Part shown: piece after piece, positions 46,034 to 58,100 of the stretch
How positions within the stretch are numbered: position 1 is the first letter of the stretch
Layout of the letters: each line of letters starts with the position of its first letter
Virus genome (UHGV): UHGV-1367859
DNA from: a virus
Direction: 5' to 3' (one strand)
Length of the DNA stretch: 64,000 bases
Position numbers and translations under genes: made by a program
Notes under the pieces: model-generated
The model's database searches: none
Told to the model about the DNA's origin: nothing
What the model saw: only the letters and a program-made list of their open reading frames with translations

Positions 46034-49000
46034 ATGATGTATTCAGATAATCATATATTTAAAGGCCTAAGGAGAGATGTTCACCCATCAAGACAAGATG
46101 AGTCTTTTTTATGGGATGCTTTAAATGTGAGACTTACTAATAGGGATAGTGATACTGGGTTTTCTATCACTAATGAGAAGGGAAATACGGACACTGGTGT
46201 TGTTTTTGATGGGTAGTACGTAGGACATTGTGTGCTTAATAGATACTTAGTAGTATTTACTGTAAGTTAGAATGACACTCAGGAAGTATCTAGAATATAT
46301 AGACTCCATGAAGATAAAGGGGAGTGGATTAAAGTTACTCTATTTGAAGGAGTGCTAGGTCTTGATGCTAATCACCCTCTAGAAATATTAGGGGATAGTG
46401 AGTCAGTTCTTGTGAATAAGTTGTATTGGACAGATGGAATTAACCAGCCTAGAGTTATTAATATAACTGCCCCAGAGTTGAAACTTCCTGAAGATATAGC
46501 TAGTAAAGTTATAGTAGACGGAGTTAATTTCTCAAATCCATAGAAAAGTGAGGGAGTTTCCTAGGAAGTTATAGAAAATCTAGAAAAGTGGTATGAAAAA
46601 GGAAATTGGATATACAGAGCTGAGTCTCCATTTGATTTTGTATAGAACCTATAGTTAAAAGAAAGAGTACTGGTAGGTAGAAGTTCCAGTCATGGAGAAT
46701 TTTCTCCTGGAGTAATTCAATATGCTCTTACATACTTTAATAAGTATGGGCAAGAAAGTAACATATTCTATGTATCTCCCATATAGTATATAAGGAATTA
46801 TGATAGAGCTGGTAATCCAGAAGAGAAGGTTATAACTTCTTTCACAATTAAAGTAGAAAATGTTGATAACTTTGATTATATAAGGGTTTATTCTATACAT
46901 AGAACTTCACTAGACGCATAGCCTACAGTTAAGATTGTAGCTGACTTAGACTTAAAAGATTGCTAGGAGGAAAGTGCTGAAGGAGAATACTGGTATGATG
47001 TGTTTGGTTCTGAGGATTAGCTGGTAAAAACAATTGAATATACAGATACTGGTCTTACTGGTTCAATAGAAGACCCTGCTAAACTATTATATACTGGGGG
47101 ACAAACAATATTAGCTGGAACTATCACTAGCAAAGAAGGAGTGATGTTTTATGGAAACATTACTGTTCAGAAAAATACTAAAGAACTAACTACATTACTT
47201 CAATAGGAAGAGGCTGAAAATGGGGACTCTTTAGGGTTAACAGATTGTTTTTTAGCCGAAGATACTTATGATAATTAGGGTATAAATAAATACTATCCTT
47301 ATCTACCATAGTTTAAGCCTGGTCATTTTAAGGCAGGAGAAACATATAGATTAGGAGTTCAATTTTAGTTTAAGACTGGAGAATGGTCAGAACCTATTCC
47401 ATTAAACAAAGTCATAAGGAATAGTGATGGTGATGGTGATGGTTTTCTTGATGTAGAGTTAAATAATTCATATTCTTGGGGCACTATTGACGGGGTGGAT
47501 ACTAAGGAACTTTAGTTATTCCCTAATGCAACTGCCTCATTATTAAAAGCTGGAGTAAGAAGGGCTAGAACTTGTGTTGTTTTCCCTAAGCCAGCGGAGA
47601 GAAATATTATATGTTAGGGAGTTTTAAATCCTACTGTCTACAGTGTGAGAGGAAGGCACATGAATAACCCATATGCAATGTCATCTTGGTTCTTTAGGCC
47701 ATCTCCTGTATATGTAGATGGAAAGCCAAAAGAAACCTCTACCTCGATAGATTAGGGGTCGACTATTTAGTATAAACATAATTATACACTTTTCAGTGGA
47801 GGTAATAGAAGTGCTGAAATATAGTCATCTCTGCCAGGAGATTCCAATAAGTCAATATAGGAAATTATTTCTCCCTCTGATGGTATAAAGTCTCATTATT
47901 CAACTTTTGCTGTTGATAGTAACTTAGTTACTTTACATTCCCCAGAAATTGAGTATGGGTCCTATATAAATACTACTCAATTAGAAGGAGCAAGGCTAAA
48001 TATTGTTGGAGCCGCTAGCCTACATGGATTGTATGGAGATATAGATTTAGCAGTGACCTCTAAAGCTAGTTCTCAGGCTGGAGGATTTATACATCATCCT
48101 GTAGGATTTCCAGTGAACTGTACTACTCCTAATACTACTGTTAATGGAGGATTTGTATCATCATGTTGTTTTGAAGATAAAATACTAAGAGGGGATTTTT
48201 TAGATGAGGATAGGACAGGTATTGTTAAATATTTAGTTTATCCTTGGCATAGAACAGGCTCACTAAATAATGATATTGTCAGGTCTCCTGAGATTATAGA
48301 GAAATCCGGAAGTGATAGAACAGCTATACTAAAATGGAAGATTATTTCCAATTTAAAGTATTTTGAAAGTAAGTCAACTTTTTTTAACTCTAATAACCAC
48401 AATATTAAAATTACAACTCCTAAGTTATTCTCTTCTAAAGAGGTTACAGGCTTAACTGTTCGTGTTCCACATTTAGACTAGGATGTACTATACTTTGGAA
48501 ATGTAGATGATATTGTATCAGCCACATCAGATTATCCTATTTATGCTGGTACTGATGATAGTATTTCACAAGTATCCCCTACTAATGTATCTACTTCTGG
48601 GGAGTCAGTAAGAATGAAGTATAAATCATCTCCTCACTTAGTATTCTCTTTATATGATGAGGATAACCCTAAGGTTATTCCAGTACTACCATACACTTCT
48701 GTTACTGGTGAGACTATAACTTCATAGTATACCCCCTCTGGATGGGAGAATAATACTTCTACCAGTACTTCATATCCTATCCTTTCATTTATAGGCTCAA
48801 AAACCTTTTATGGGACTTATAACAAAGAGGGGAACTTAGTACTAGATGTTGACGATACAAGTGTGACTGCTCTAGGAACCTATCAGATTGTAATGGCTTA
48901 CATTGGATCCATAGCTAAGCGTGTATTGGTTAAAAGGGTAAAGATAGGAGAAGCAGGGTATTGGCAGGTACAAAACTCAGGAACTAAAGTGACTGTTTTA

Positions 49001-50803
49001 GTGAAGAAAGGATGTATAATCTATCATCACTATGTAAATGGTGAGTGGGTAGGAGTTCTTCAGAATGCGGGGCCAATAAAATGGGGTCCTTTTGAAAACT
49101 TACAGGATGGTCATGATAACTTTTAGTATCTTGGGGATTAGGTATTATTAAACTTAAAGGTATCTCTCGGAAATATAGTTGGTATTACATCTTATAAAAT
49201 GTATTCAGAGCCATCTACAGATAATACAGATAATACAGATAATACAGATAATACGTTTACCATCCAGAATAGCACTCTGTAGTTACTTGAAGAGGATAAA
49301 GATTATTCCCCCACATTACCTATAGCTGAATTAACATAGTGGGTTGACCCAGACACTAGGTTTGGAGGTAAATCGGATGAAGCTATCAAAAATAACTTAT
49401 GGGTTCCAAGTAGTGAGTCAGTTCCTCTTGTATCAACTCCACATAAGATAATTACGATTCCTTATGCCTATGGGGATACATGGTGTACAAGATATGATTG
49501 TGTAAAGACTTATCCTTTTGCAGATGATGATACTAATTAGATAGTAGAAATAGGTTCATTTATGCTTGAGTCACATATTAATCTTGATGGAAGATACGAT
49601 ACTAAAAGAGGGCAGCTATCCAACTTCGACATTACTCCTGACTCTTATAAGATAAATGAAGTATACTCTTAGTTAGATAACTTCTTTAACTACAGAACAC
49701 TAGACAAGGACTATTATAAAATAGATACATTTCCTTACTAGGTAGCATGGTCCTTAAAGAAAAATCCCTAGTCTATAATTGACCCATGGACTAATGTCAC
49801 TTTAGCTAGTACCTTAGACCTTCCTGCTGATAAAGGGTCTGTAACATGTCTAACCTCCATCAATGATACTCTTATTGGCTTCTAGGAAAAATCTATTAGC
49901 TAGATTATGTTTAATTCTAGAGTATAGCTCAATCCTACAGACGGAGTACCTATTGAGATAGGAAATTCAAACAGAGTAGATGGGTTCAGGATTCTATCCT
50001 CTACTATTGGATGTGCTAATAAATGGTCTATTATTCCTACCTCAACAGGTCTATTCTTCATAGATAACGAGTCCAAAAGTATTTATAGATATGGTTAGGA
50101 ATTAGTAAATGTAAGTGAGCTTTCAGGAATGAGTTAGTGGGTTAAGAATGATGTTGACTTATCAGAGTGGACTCCTACAGGAATGGGAGTAAGAAGCTTT
50201 GTTGATAATATGAATGGGGATGTATATTTCTCTCCAGCTCATGGCGAAGAAGCTTTATGTTTCTCAACTAAGCTTAACTAGTTCACTTCCTTTTTAAGTT
50301 ATGGTGAAACTGAAGGTATGTTTGACTTTGAAGGTGGTTTTTACTCTATAAAATAGGAATAGGATAAAGTTAGGCTATGGGAGAACTTCACTGGGGTATA
50401 TAATGAGTTCTATGGTAACTTTAAACCATTTAGTTTCACTTATATATCTAATGGTAATTCTCCTTACACAAAAATTTTTGACACAGTGGAAGTTAATGCT
50501 GAAGTACGGAACTTTGGCCAAAAGGATAATTCTGATAAGCCATTTGATTTTATCCAAGCAGAGAATGACTATTAGAAAGCTTATACTGACCTCACTAATA
50601 GTAGAGATATAAGGAAGAAGTTTAATATATGGAGGATTAATATTCCTAGGTCTCCTTATGTAGCACAAGATGGTAAAGATGTTATAAGGCACTATGGTAG
50701 GGCAAGGATTAGAAATCCATGGAGTGAAATAACTCTAGGGAGTGCCTCACATAAAAACTAGAGAGTGACAATATATAATGTATCTACTAAGTACTCTATG
50801 TAA
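46034..50803 (+). CDS. giant virion/tail-fibre-like protein (about 1590 codons) with about 45 in-frame TAG codons
   Basis: ATG 46034 is in frame with track ORFs 45965..46216, 48029..48481 and 48863..49126 (coordinate differences are multiples of 3). The frame reaches TAA 50801 with no TAA or TGA. The track shows about 4.7 kb of gaps here. Confidence 0.55.
49220..49255 (+). repeat. tandem 9-bp repeat (GATAATACA) x4 encoding (DNT)4
   Basis: gataataca-gataataca-gataataca-gataatacg, inside the giant gene. Confidence 0.8.
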
Positions 50804-50810
50804 TTAAAAA

Positions 50811-50837
50811 GGTGTAAGAAAAACCTTACACCTTTTT
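50811..50837 (+). terminator. Rho-independent terminator
   Basis: ggtgtaag-aaaaac-cttacacc followed by ttttt. Confidence 0.75.
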
Positions 50838-50879
50838 AATTAATTGTATTATACTATTGTATTAGTGGGATATTTTTGC

Positions 50880-50887
50880 TACATTTG
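50880..50887 (+). promoter_or_regulatory. -7 promoter box TACATTTG
   Basis: tatttttgctacatttgcat, 19 nt upstream of ATG 50906. Confidence 0.4.
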
Positions 50888-50905
50888 CATACAAAATTCA
50901 TTTAG

Positions 50906-53380
50906 ATGGCAAAGAAACTTATTAAAAAAAGAACAAATAAACTCCTTTTTGGGAGGAATAATTATTTTGCATGGGGAGGTACTCCTGATTATCTAGCTGG
51001 AATACCAGGTATGGATGATGCTTTTTCTATGCCTGGTATTAGAGAAACTATGCCTGGAGAAGCTATATCAACAGGGCTGCAAGCTCTTACTAAAACTACT
51101 CAACCAACTGCTGCTTCAGCAACCCTTCCTCTTCCACCATCTGGAACTACTAATCCATCCTTAGGACTTACTCAATTGGGCAAACAGGGTATAGGACTAG
51201 GAAGTGCCTTAACTGGTTCAATTGTAGGTAATGTAATTGGAGGAAAAAGGTCTAGTGCAGTAGGAAATGGAATTAGTAGTATAGGCTCAACTGTAGGTGG
51301 AGCCTTAATGTCTGTAAACCCAATGGTTGGGGGTATAGTAATGGGAGCAAGTTAGCTACTTGGAGGAGTTACTAATAACTTATTTGGTTCTGAAAGAAAT
51401 GAAAAACTTATAAGTTCTTTAAATAATCAAATATCCCAGGCTGGACAGTTTAAATCAAGTGCTACTGATTATGATGCTTTAGCTTAGGAGATGGCTACTG
51501 CTCCAACAGTTGGATACTTTAATCATGATGATTTAGGCAGTTAGGGTGCATTTAGTCATGATATAGATGATTTATATTAGGATATGAGCAAAAGAGCTGA
51601 TACTGCTAGGCAATATGTTAGTTCTTCTTTAGAAAATGCACAGTATAATATAGGATAGACTAGGAAGAGGGATATACTTAGAAACATAGCCTCATATGGA
51701 GGTCCATTGTACTTTGCAGAAGGTGGAGGAATACATATTAACCCAGAGAATAGAGGTAAGTTCAATGCTACTAAGAAGAGAACAGGAAAGACTACAGAGG
51801 AATTAACCCATAGTAAAAATCCTTTAACTAGAAAGAGAGCTATATTTGCTTAGAACGCTGCTAAGTGGCATCATGCCTTTGGAGGAGACCTTATGACACA
51901 TGGAGCTGACTTTGATACAGGACTTGTTCTTGTGGGTAATGGAGGTACACATGAAGAAAACCCTAATGAAGGAGTTCCTATGGGAATGGATGCTGAAGGC
52001 ATTCCTAACCTTGTAGAAGAGGGAGAAGTTATCTTCAATGATTATGTATTTAGTAACAGACTAAGAGTTCCAAAAGCAGTAAGAAAGAAATATAAACTAA
52101 GAGGAACAAAACCTCTCACCTTTGCAGATGCTGCTATTCAAATGAGCAAAGAATCTGAAGAGAGGCCTAATGACCCTATAAGTCAAGCAGGTCTTGTAGA
52201 TAGTATGGCTAAGTTGATGTCAGTACAAGAGCAAGTAAGAACCAAAGGTGATAAGAACAAGTTTGCAAAAGGTGGTAAGATGGGAAGAGTCTATGCTGGT
52301 GAGCAAGGAGACCCTTATTCTAACCTACTAGCTTTAGGTTTAGGTCCCATAAATCCTTCCTTTACTACATTCGGTTTTGATAGTCCTACCCCACAAGATA
52401 CCCCAGCACCAAGAAATAAAATGGGCATTGTACTTGGAGGATACACTTCAAATCCTACTGTAATAAAGCCAGGTGAATCTACTATACCAGGAATAATTAG
52501 AACTAACAATACTAAATATCCATCTCCTCCTCTTATAAATAAAAAAGATTCTATTGGAGATAGCACATCAACTGAACTGGCTCCTACTTGGATGAGATAT
52601 GTACCTGCATTTGCTTCTGGTGTAATGTCTATCACAGATGCACTAGGTTTGACCAATAAACCTGACTATGGAGAAGCAGAAGCTGCACTTGAAGCATCAA
52701 GAGGAGCAGGCAACTATACTCCTGTAAAATTTAGTCCTGTTAGTAACTATTTAACCTACAGACCTTTTGATAGGGATTTCTATATTAACAAACTCAATGC
52801 TCAAGCTGGAGCTACTAGGAGGAGTATCCTTGATACTTCAGGAGGTAACAGAGCAACTGCAATGGCAGGGCTTCTTGCAGCTGATTATAATGCACAAGGA
52901 AGGATGGGAGACCTTTTCAGGCAAGCTGAAGAGTATAACCTTGCACAGAGACAAAAAGTTGAAGAATTTAATAGAGCAACTAATATGTTCAACTCTGAAG
53001 GAATATTCAAAGCTGACCAAGCTAACCAAGCAGCACAGCTTCAGGCAAGGTCTGCATCTCTTAAGGGAGCACTTACTGCTGCTGAACTCAGACAAAGAGA
53101 GAGACAGCAAGCTGCTGCTGCTAGGAGTGCTAATCTATCAAACTTTATCAACTCTATTGGTGATATTGGCAGGGAGAACTTTTCAAGAAATATGATTATA
53201 AGCGACCCATCTAAGTACTATAGCATCGGGGATAATGGAGAAATTTCCTATAAAGACCCCTTCTATGATTTATCCGAAGCAGAGCAGGATTATGTAACTG
53301 GCCATGCTAGTAGAAAGAGTAAAAGCAAAGGTAGTACTAAGAAAGCAAAAGGTGGTTATTTAACTATAAATAGAAAATAA
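50906..53380 (+). CDS. virion protein (about 824 aa) with 6 in-frame TAGs; Gly-rich N-terminus
   Basis: Track ORFs 50906..51355 and 51893..53380 share a frame (987 nt apart). The intervening codons are open except for TAGs at 51353, about 51485, 51545, 51578, 51655 and 51852. Confidence 0.5.
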
Positions 53381-53381
53381 T

Positions 53382-55160
53382 ATGGCAAGCTACGGTTTAA
53401 TACTTAATACTAAATTCAAGCCATTCTCCTATGCAGAGATGCTTGCACCTGTAGCTGCTGCTACTCAAGCACATCAAGCTCTAGAAGAGGAATATGGCAA
53501 ACTATCTGCTAAGGCTAATGTATGGGAAGAAATGGCTAATGAACAAACAGACCCTTACGCATATAAGATGTATAAGACCTATTCTGATGACCTTGAGACT
53601 AGAGCTGAACAGTTAATGAGGTATGGTCTTAATCCAGCAAGTAGGAAGAGTATGCTTGATATGAGAGCAAGATATAGCAAGGAAATAGTCCCTATTGAAA
53701 CTGCTTATAAGAGAAGAGAGGCACTGGCACAGGAACAGAGACAAGCTATGGCTAAAGACCCTACTCTAAGGTATCAAAGATATGCTAGAGATATGAGCTT
53801 AGACGATTTTATAAAATCTCCTTCATTAGATTATGGCAGTAGTTATTCAGGAGAGCTGCTTAGAAAGCAGGTAAGTCAAATAGTAGCTAATTATCAGAGA
53901 GAATTGACTGACCCAGGCAAGCTGGAGAAACTAGGACTACCTTATCAGTATAAGATTAAGAAACAGCAAGGAGCTACTTCTGCTGATATATGGGCTACCA
54001 TAAACAGAGATGCTAGTATGGGAAATCCTGAAGCAGTGGCCTTTCTTACAAGAATGAGGGATTCAGCTTTACAAGCATCTGGAGTATATGACTGGGCCAG
54101 TAAAGAGGACTTGGTGCACTTCCAGAACTTTGCTAATCTTGGATTGGCTGATGCTATTGGTAAATCTGACATAAGTACAGTTAAAGATGACTATAGTATA
54201 GCTATGGCTAAAGCTGCTTATAGTGGTCTTGGAAGGTCTAGAAGGACTAGAAGGGGAGGTGATTCAAATGATAATGACAGATTGCCCTACAGAAGAATAT
54301 CTACTATTTCTGACACTGATAAGAAATCAATGAGTAAAGGGAAATCAGTACTAGAATTTGTAAATGGGATGATGGGTCATTACGGAGAATTAGCTAATGC
54401 CAACAAGGCAGTAACCCTTTCTAGAAAAGACTCTAAGAAGTTGCTAGAGACTCCCGCAGATGCCACAAGAACGCAGGTTAATATCGGGGCAAGGACTAAT
54501 GGGCAAGAAATAGATACAAGCCTTACTTCTGCAAATGCTGGTAGACGGAGGAAATCTCTTGATGAATATGCTTCCAAATATGGTACTTCTATAGACTACT
54601 CTAGTGAAGCAGCATATGAAGCTAGTATAAAAAAACTGCAAGGAGCTGTACAACAAGATATACAGAAGTCAATGTCACTTAGCTCTGTATGGTATCCTAA
54701 TTCTACAAATCTTGAATATGTAACGGAGCCAATTGTCCAAGCAGTTCAGACTTTAAGTACTACAGCTGCATTAAGAGGTGAAAGAACAGGCATAGTTGAT
54801 AAAAAGGGCAAAGCAGTTTCTTCAAAAGACTTAGACAAAATAGTCTCAAGTAGAGCCAAAATTCAGTTTAATTTTAATAGAGGAGGTGACATAGAGGCAT
54901 GGTTGAGCTATAAAGAAAAGGAGAATGGGGAAAATAAATATATTAAAATACCTGTTGATGCTCTTGATATGGGGGATGGAACACTTATAGGCCTATATAG
55001 TAAAGCCTCCTCAGCTCAAAAATCTGGGGACTTTATAAGAGCAGCAGAGTATATGGATGATATACAATCATATCTAGATGCAGCTGCAAATTCTAGAGCA
55101 GAGGTACAATCAAAATCAAGTTCAAATTTAGAATTTTCATTCCCATGGCTAGAGGATTAA
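53382..55160 (+). CDS. hypothetical virion protein
   Basis: 592 aa, TAG-free, with a TAA stop. Confidence 0.45.
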   Translation: MASYGLILNTKFKPFSYAEMLAPVAAATQAHQALEEEYGKLSAKANVWEEMANEQTDPYAYKMYKTYSDDLETRAEQLMRYGLNPASRKSMLDMRARYSKEIVPIETAYKRREALAQEQRQAMAKDPTLRYQRYARDMSLDDFIKSPSLDYGSSYSGELLRKQVSQIVANYQRELTDPGKLEKLGLPYQYKIKKQQGATSADIWATINRDASMGNPEAVAFLTRMRDSALQASGVYDWASKEDLVHFQNFANLGLADAIGKSDISTVKDDYSIAMAKAAYSGLGRSRRTRRGGDSNDNDRLPYRRISTISDTDKKSMSKGKSVLEFVNGMMGHYGELANANKAVTLSRKDSKKLLETPADATRTQVNIGARTNGQEIDTSLTSANAGRRRKSLDEYASKYGTSIDYSSEAAYEASIKKLQGAVQQDIQKSMSLSSVWYPNSTNLEYVTEPIVQAVQTLSTTAALRGERTGIVDKKGKAVSSKDLDKIVSSRAKIQFNFNRGGDIEAWLSYKEKENGENKYIKIPVDALDMGDGTLIGLYSKASSAQKSGDFIRAAEYMDDIQSYLDAAANSRAEVQSKSSSNLEFSFPWLED

Positions 55161-58100
55161 CAGGTATAAATACAAAAGAAGGGGCGGCTAGAGAAGCAGA
55201 CAGGATGGGTCAAGCTCCCACAAGTTTTAAATCAGCAGTAAGGCAGAGACTAAGAGAAACTCCCTCAACTCAGTATATAGGAGATACTGTACCAGAAACA
55301 TTTGGTGACTCATCATATGATTATAATGCTGTGCTTCCTAGTGAACTTGAAGACCTTCAGGAGCTGAGAGCTTCTGAACAATCAGGTGTGAACCAACTAG
55401 CAGCAGGTATAGCCAAGGGGGCTATACTTGCTGGCGCTACATTTTTAGATGGTACTGTCGGACTGCTCCTAGGAGCTGGAGCTGCTATAAATGAGGGGAG
55501 ATGGTCAGCTATTTGGGATAATGACTTCTCAAAAGCTATGCAAGCTGTAAATGAGTGGTCAGAAGAAGCTCTTCCTAATTACTATTCCAAAGAAGAGCAA
55601 GAAGGGCCATGGTATGACAACATATTTACAGCTAACTTTATTGGTGATAAGTTCATTAAGAACTTAGGGTTCTCAGTAGGAGCCTTATATTCAGGAGGTG
55701 TAACCTCAGCTGGGCTTAAAGCTACAAAGCTGCCTCAATTGATAGGAGCTATAACTAACAGTGCTAAAGCTCCTGCAATGGTATCTACAGCTGTTGGGGC
55801 TGTTACTTCGGCAGTAAATGAGGGAAGAATTGAGGCTTTGAACAATTCTAAGGACTGGCAAAACCTTAAAGTACAGGAGCTGGATGATATATGGAAGCAG
55901 AAATTAAACGAAAAGTATCAGCCTGAGCTAGATGCCTTAAAAGCAGAATATGATGCTGCTCTCGCAGAATATGAATCAACCAAAGGAACTCTTCAAAGAG
56001 CAGGTTCAGGGGATAGTACAGCTTTGGCAGACCCAGCTTATTAGAAGTACAGAGCCAAACTTGATAGTCTTGACAAAAAGATGGAGGCCCTACAAAACAC
56101 TATGAGTGCTATGTGGGACAACAGGTCAGCTGATAAGACATATAGGGAAGCCTTAGGTAGAATCTCAGAGGATAGACTTAAGATGGGAAATACAGACTTG
56201 CTTCTCAATCTTCCTATACTCATGGCCTCTAATATTGTTCAATTTACTAAGTTTTATTCTAGGGGATTTAACACTGGCAGGAGAGCCAGTGTGGGATTGG
56301 CTGAAGGGGCAACTAGAAATGCACCAAGATACATTGGAAAGGAATTTTCGCCTATAAAGGCAGCTGGAAAAGTTATAAAGGGCGCAGCAGCAGAAGGTAC
56401 AGAAGAAATATCTCAGAGTGGCGCCAGTGCAATATCAGGGGATTATTATTCTACCGATGTTAACAACTTCATCAAATCAAAGATAGACCCAGATGCAGAG
56501 CAAGAGACCTTAAGTTGGACTAAATCTTTTGCTAAGGGTATCAATGAGACTATTAATGATAGTTCAGCTTGGGAGGAGTTTTTCATTGGTGCACTTACTG
56601 GTGCTTTGGGGATTCCCACATTTAGAAGTATGAAGAACTCAGAGGGGGGATTTAGACTTCCTATAGAAATACAAGGTGGTGCTTGGAATGAAATAAAAGA
56701 GTATCAAAGAGAGGTTGCAAGGTCCCAAGAAGTTGCGAATTATCTTAACCAAAGGGTGCAATCTCCTGAGTTTCTCAATTATTATCAGGGTCTCATCAGA
56801 CATAATAAGTACCAAAGAGACATGAATCAGGCTGTTGAGGATGATGATGAGTTTAACTTCAAAAATGCAGAACATGCTCAGTTTGTATCTGATATTATAA
56901 TGTTTGATAATGCAGGAAGATTGGAAGACCTTAGAACTCTTATAGATTCTTCCTTTGATATGTCAGATGAAAACTTGCAGTCTATAGTAGAGAATACTAC
57001 TTCTACTGATGAAAATGGTAAAAGGATTGGCCCGTTTGTAGATAATAATGGGAATCCTATGTATGCTACTGAAGAGGGCAAGAAGTAGATGACTGCTAAG
57101 CTTACTGCTTCCAGGGATAATATGATTGCTACTTTAGACAATTATGTAAAAACTAAAGAGAACATTGATATAAGAACAGGTGGAAATCTCACAGATGAGC
57201 AACTGTCAGAACTCACTTGGATGAAAACTCAGGTAGATGACTGGACTAAGAGAGCCAATGAAATGACTCCCCTAGTCAAAAAGACTCTTGCTGATTTAAG
57301 CAACAATTTGGAACTCAGACTTGCATCTACTCTTAATAATGTAAGTAGTGAAGGAAATGCCAGTGATATAGAAGCAGTAGGAGAACTTGCTAATAAACTT
57401 GGCATAGGGAGTAAAAGAATTAAGCAACTTATGGAACTATCTCACATGGAAGATAGTAGGTTGGCTGCAATTTTGACATCCCCTAAAAATGAGAAATTTG
57501 TAGAGGGTCTCATAGAAGATATTAACAGCTTTGGTAGTGATATTATAGCATCGTTAGATAAACAAAATGTGGTGAGGCTCCTACAAGACTTACCAAAAAT
57601 AGGTAAGGGGGTACAGACCTATAATAAGAAGTTAGAAGAGTACCTTACAGACCCTGCTAAAATTCAGGGGGATATTGAAGCTGCTACCCAACAGGTAGCT
57701 ACTCAACAAGCTGAGAAGAAAGCTGCTGATTTAAAAAGCAGACTATCAGCTGCAAATAGTGTATCTGAACTAAGGTCTATCATTACTGAAGAGAACATGG
57801 ATTCTGCTGTAGAGGGTGTTTTAGGGGAACTTGAAGCAGAAGGCAACCAAGTTGCAAAGAATTATAGAGAAACTGCCCAATACAATAGAGAACTGAATAA
57901 GGCTCTTTCAGAAACTGGGGAGGATGAATAGGTACTTCAAGATGCCATGTCCTTGTGGTAGGAACACTCTAATGCTGCTGAGAATCTTGAACAACTTGCT
58001 AATCCTAACTCCATCTTTATCAATAATGAAGAAGCCTTTATGGAAGACTCAGGTGGTGATGTAGATGTTGCTGGTAATAGGTTCCAAAATGCAAGATATG

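Noticed and set aside
46655-46900. Minus-strand 81-aa ORF and plus-strand 46352..46543 ORF within the gap region
   Set aside because: 46352..46543 is in the giant gene's frame and is absorbed by it. 46655..46900(-) is antisense to the giant gene and probably spurious.
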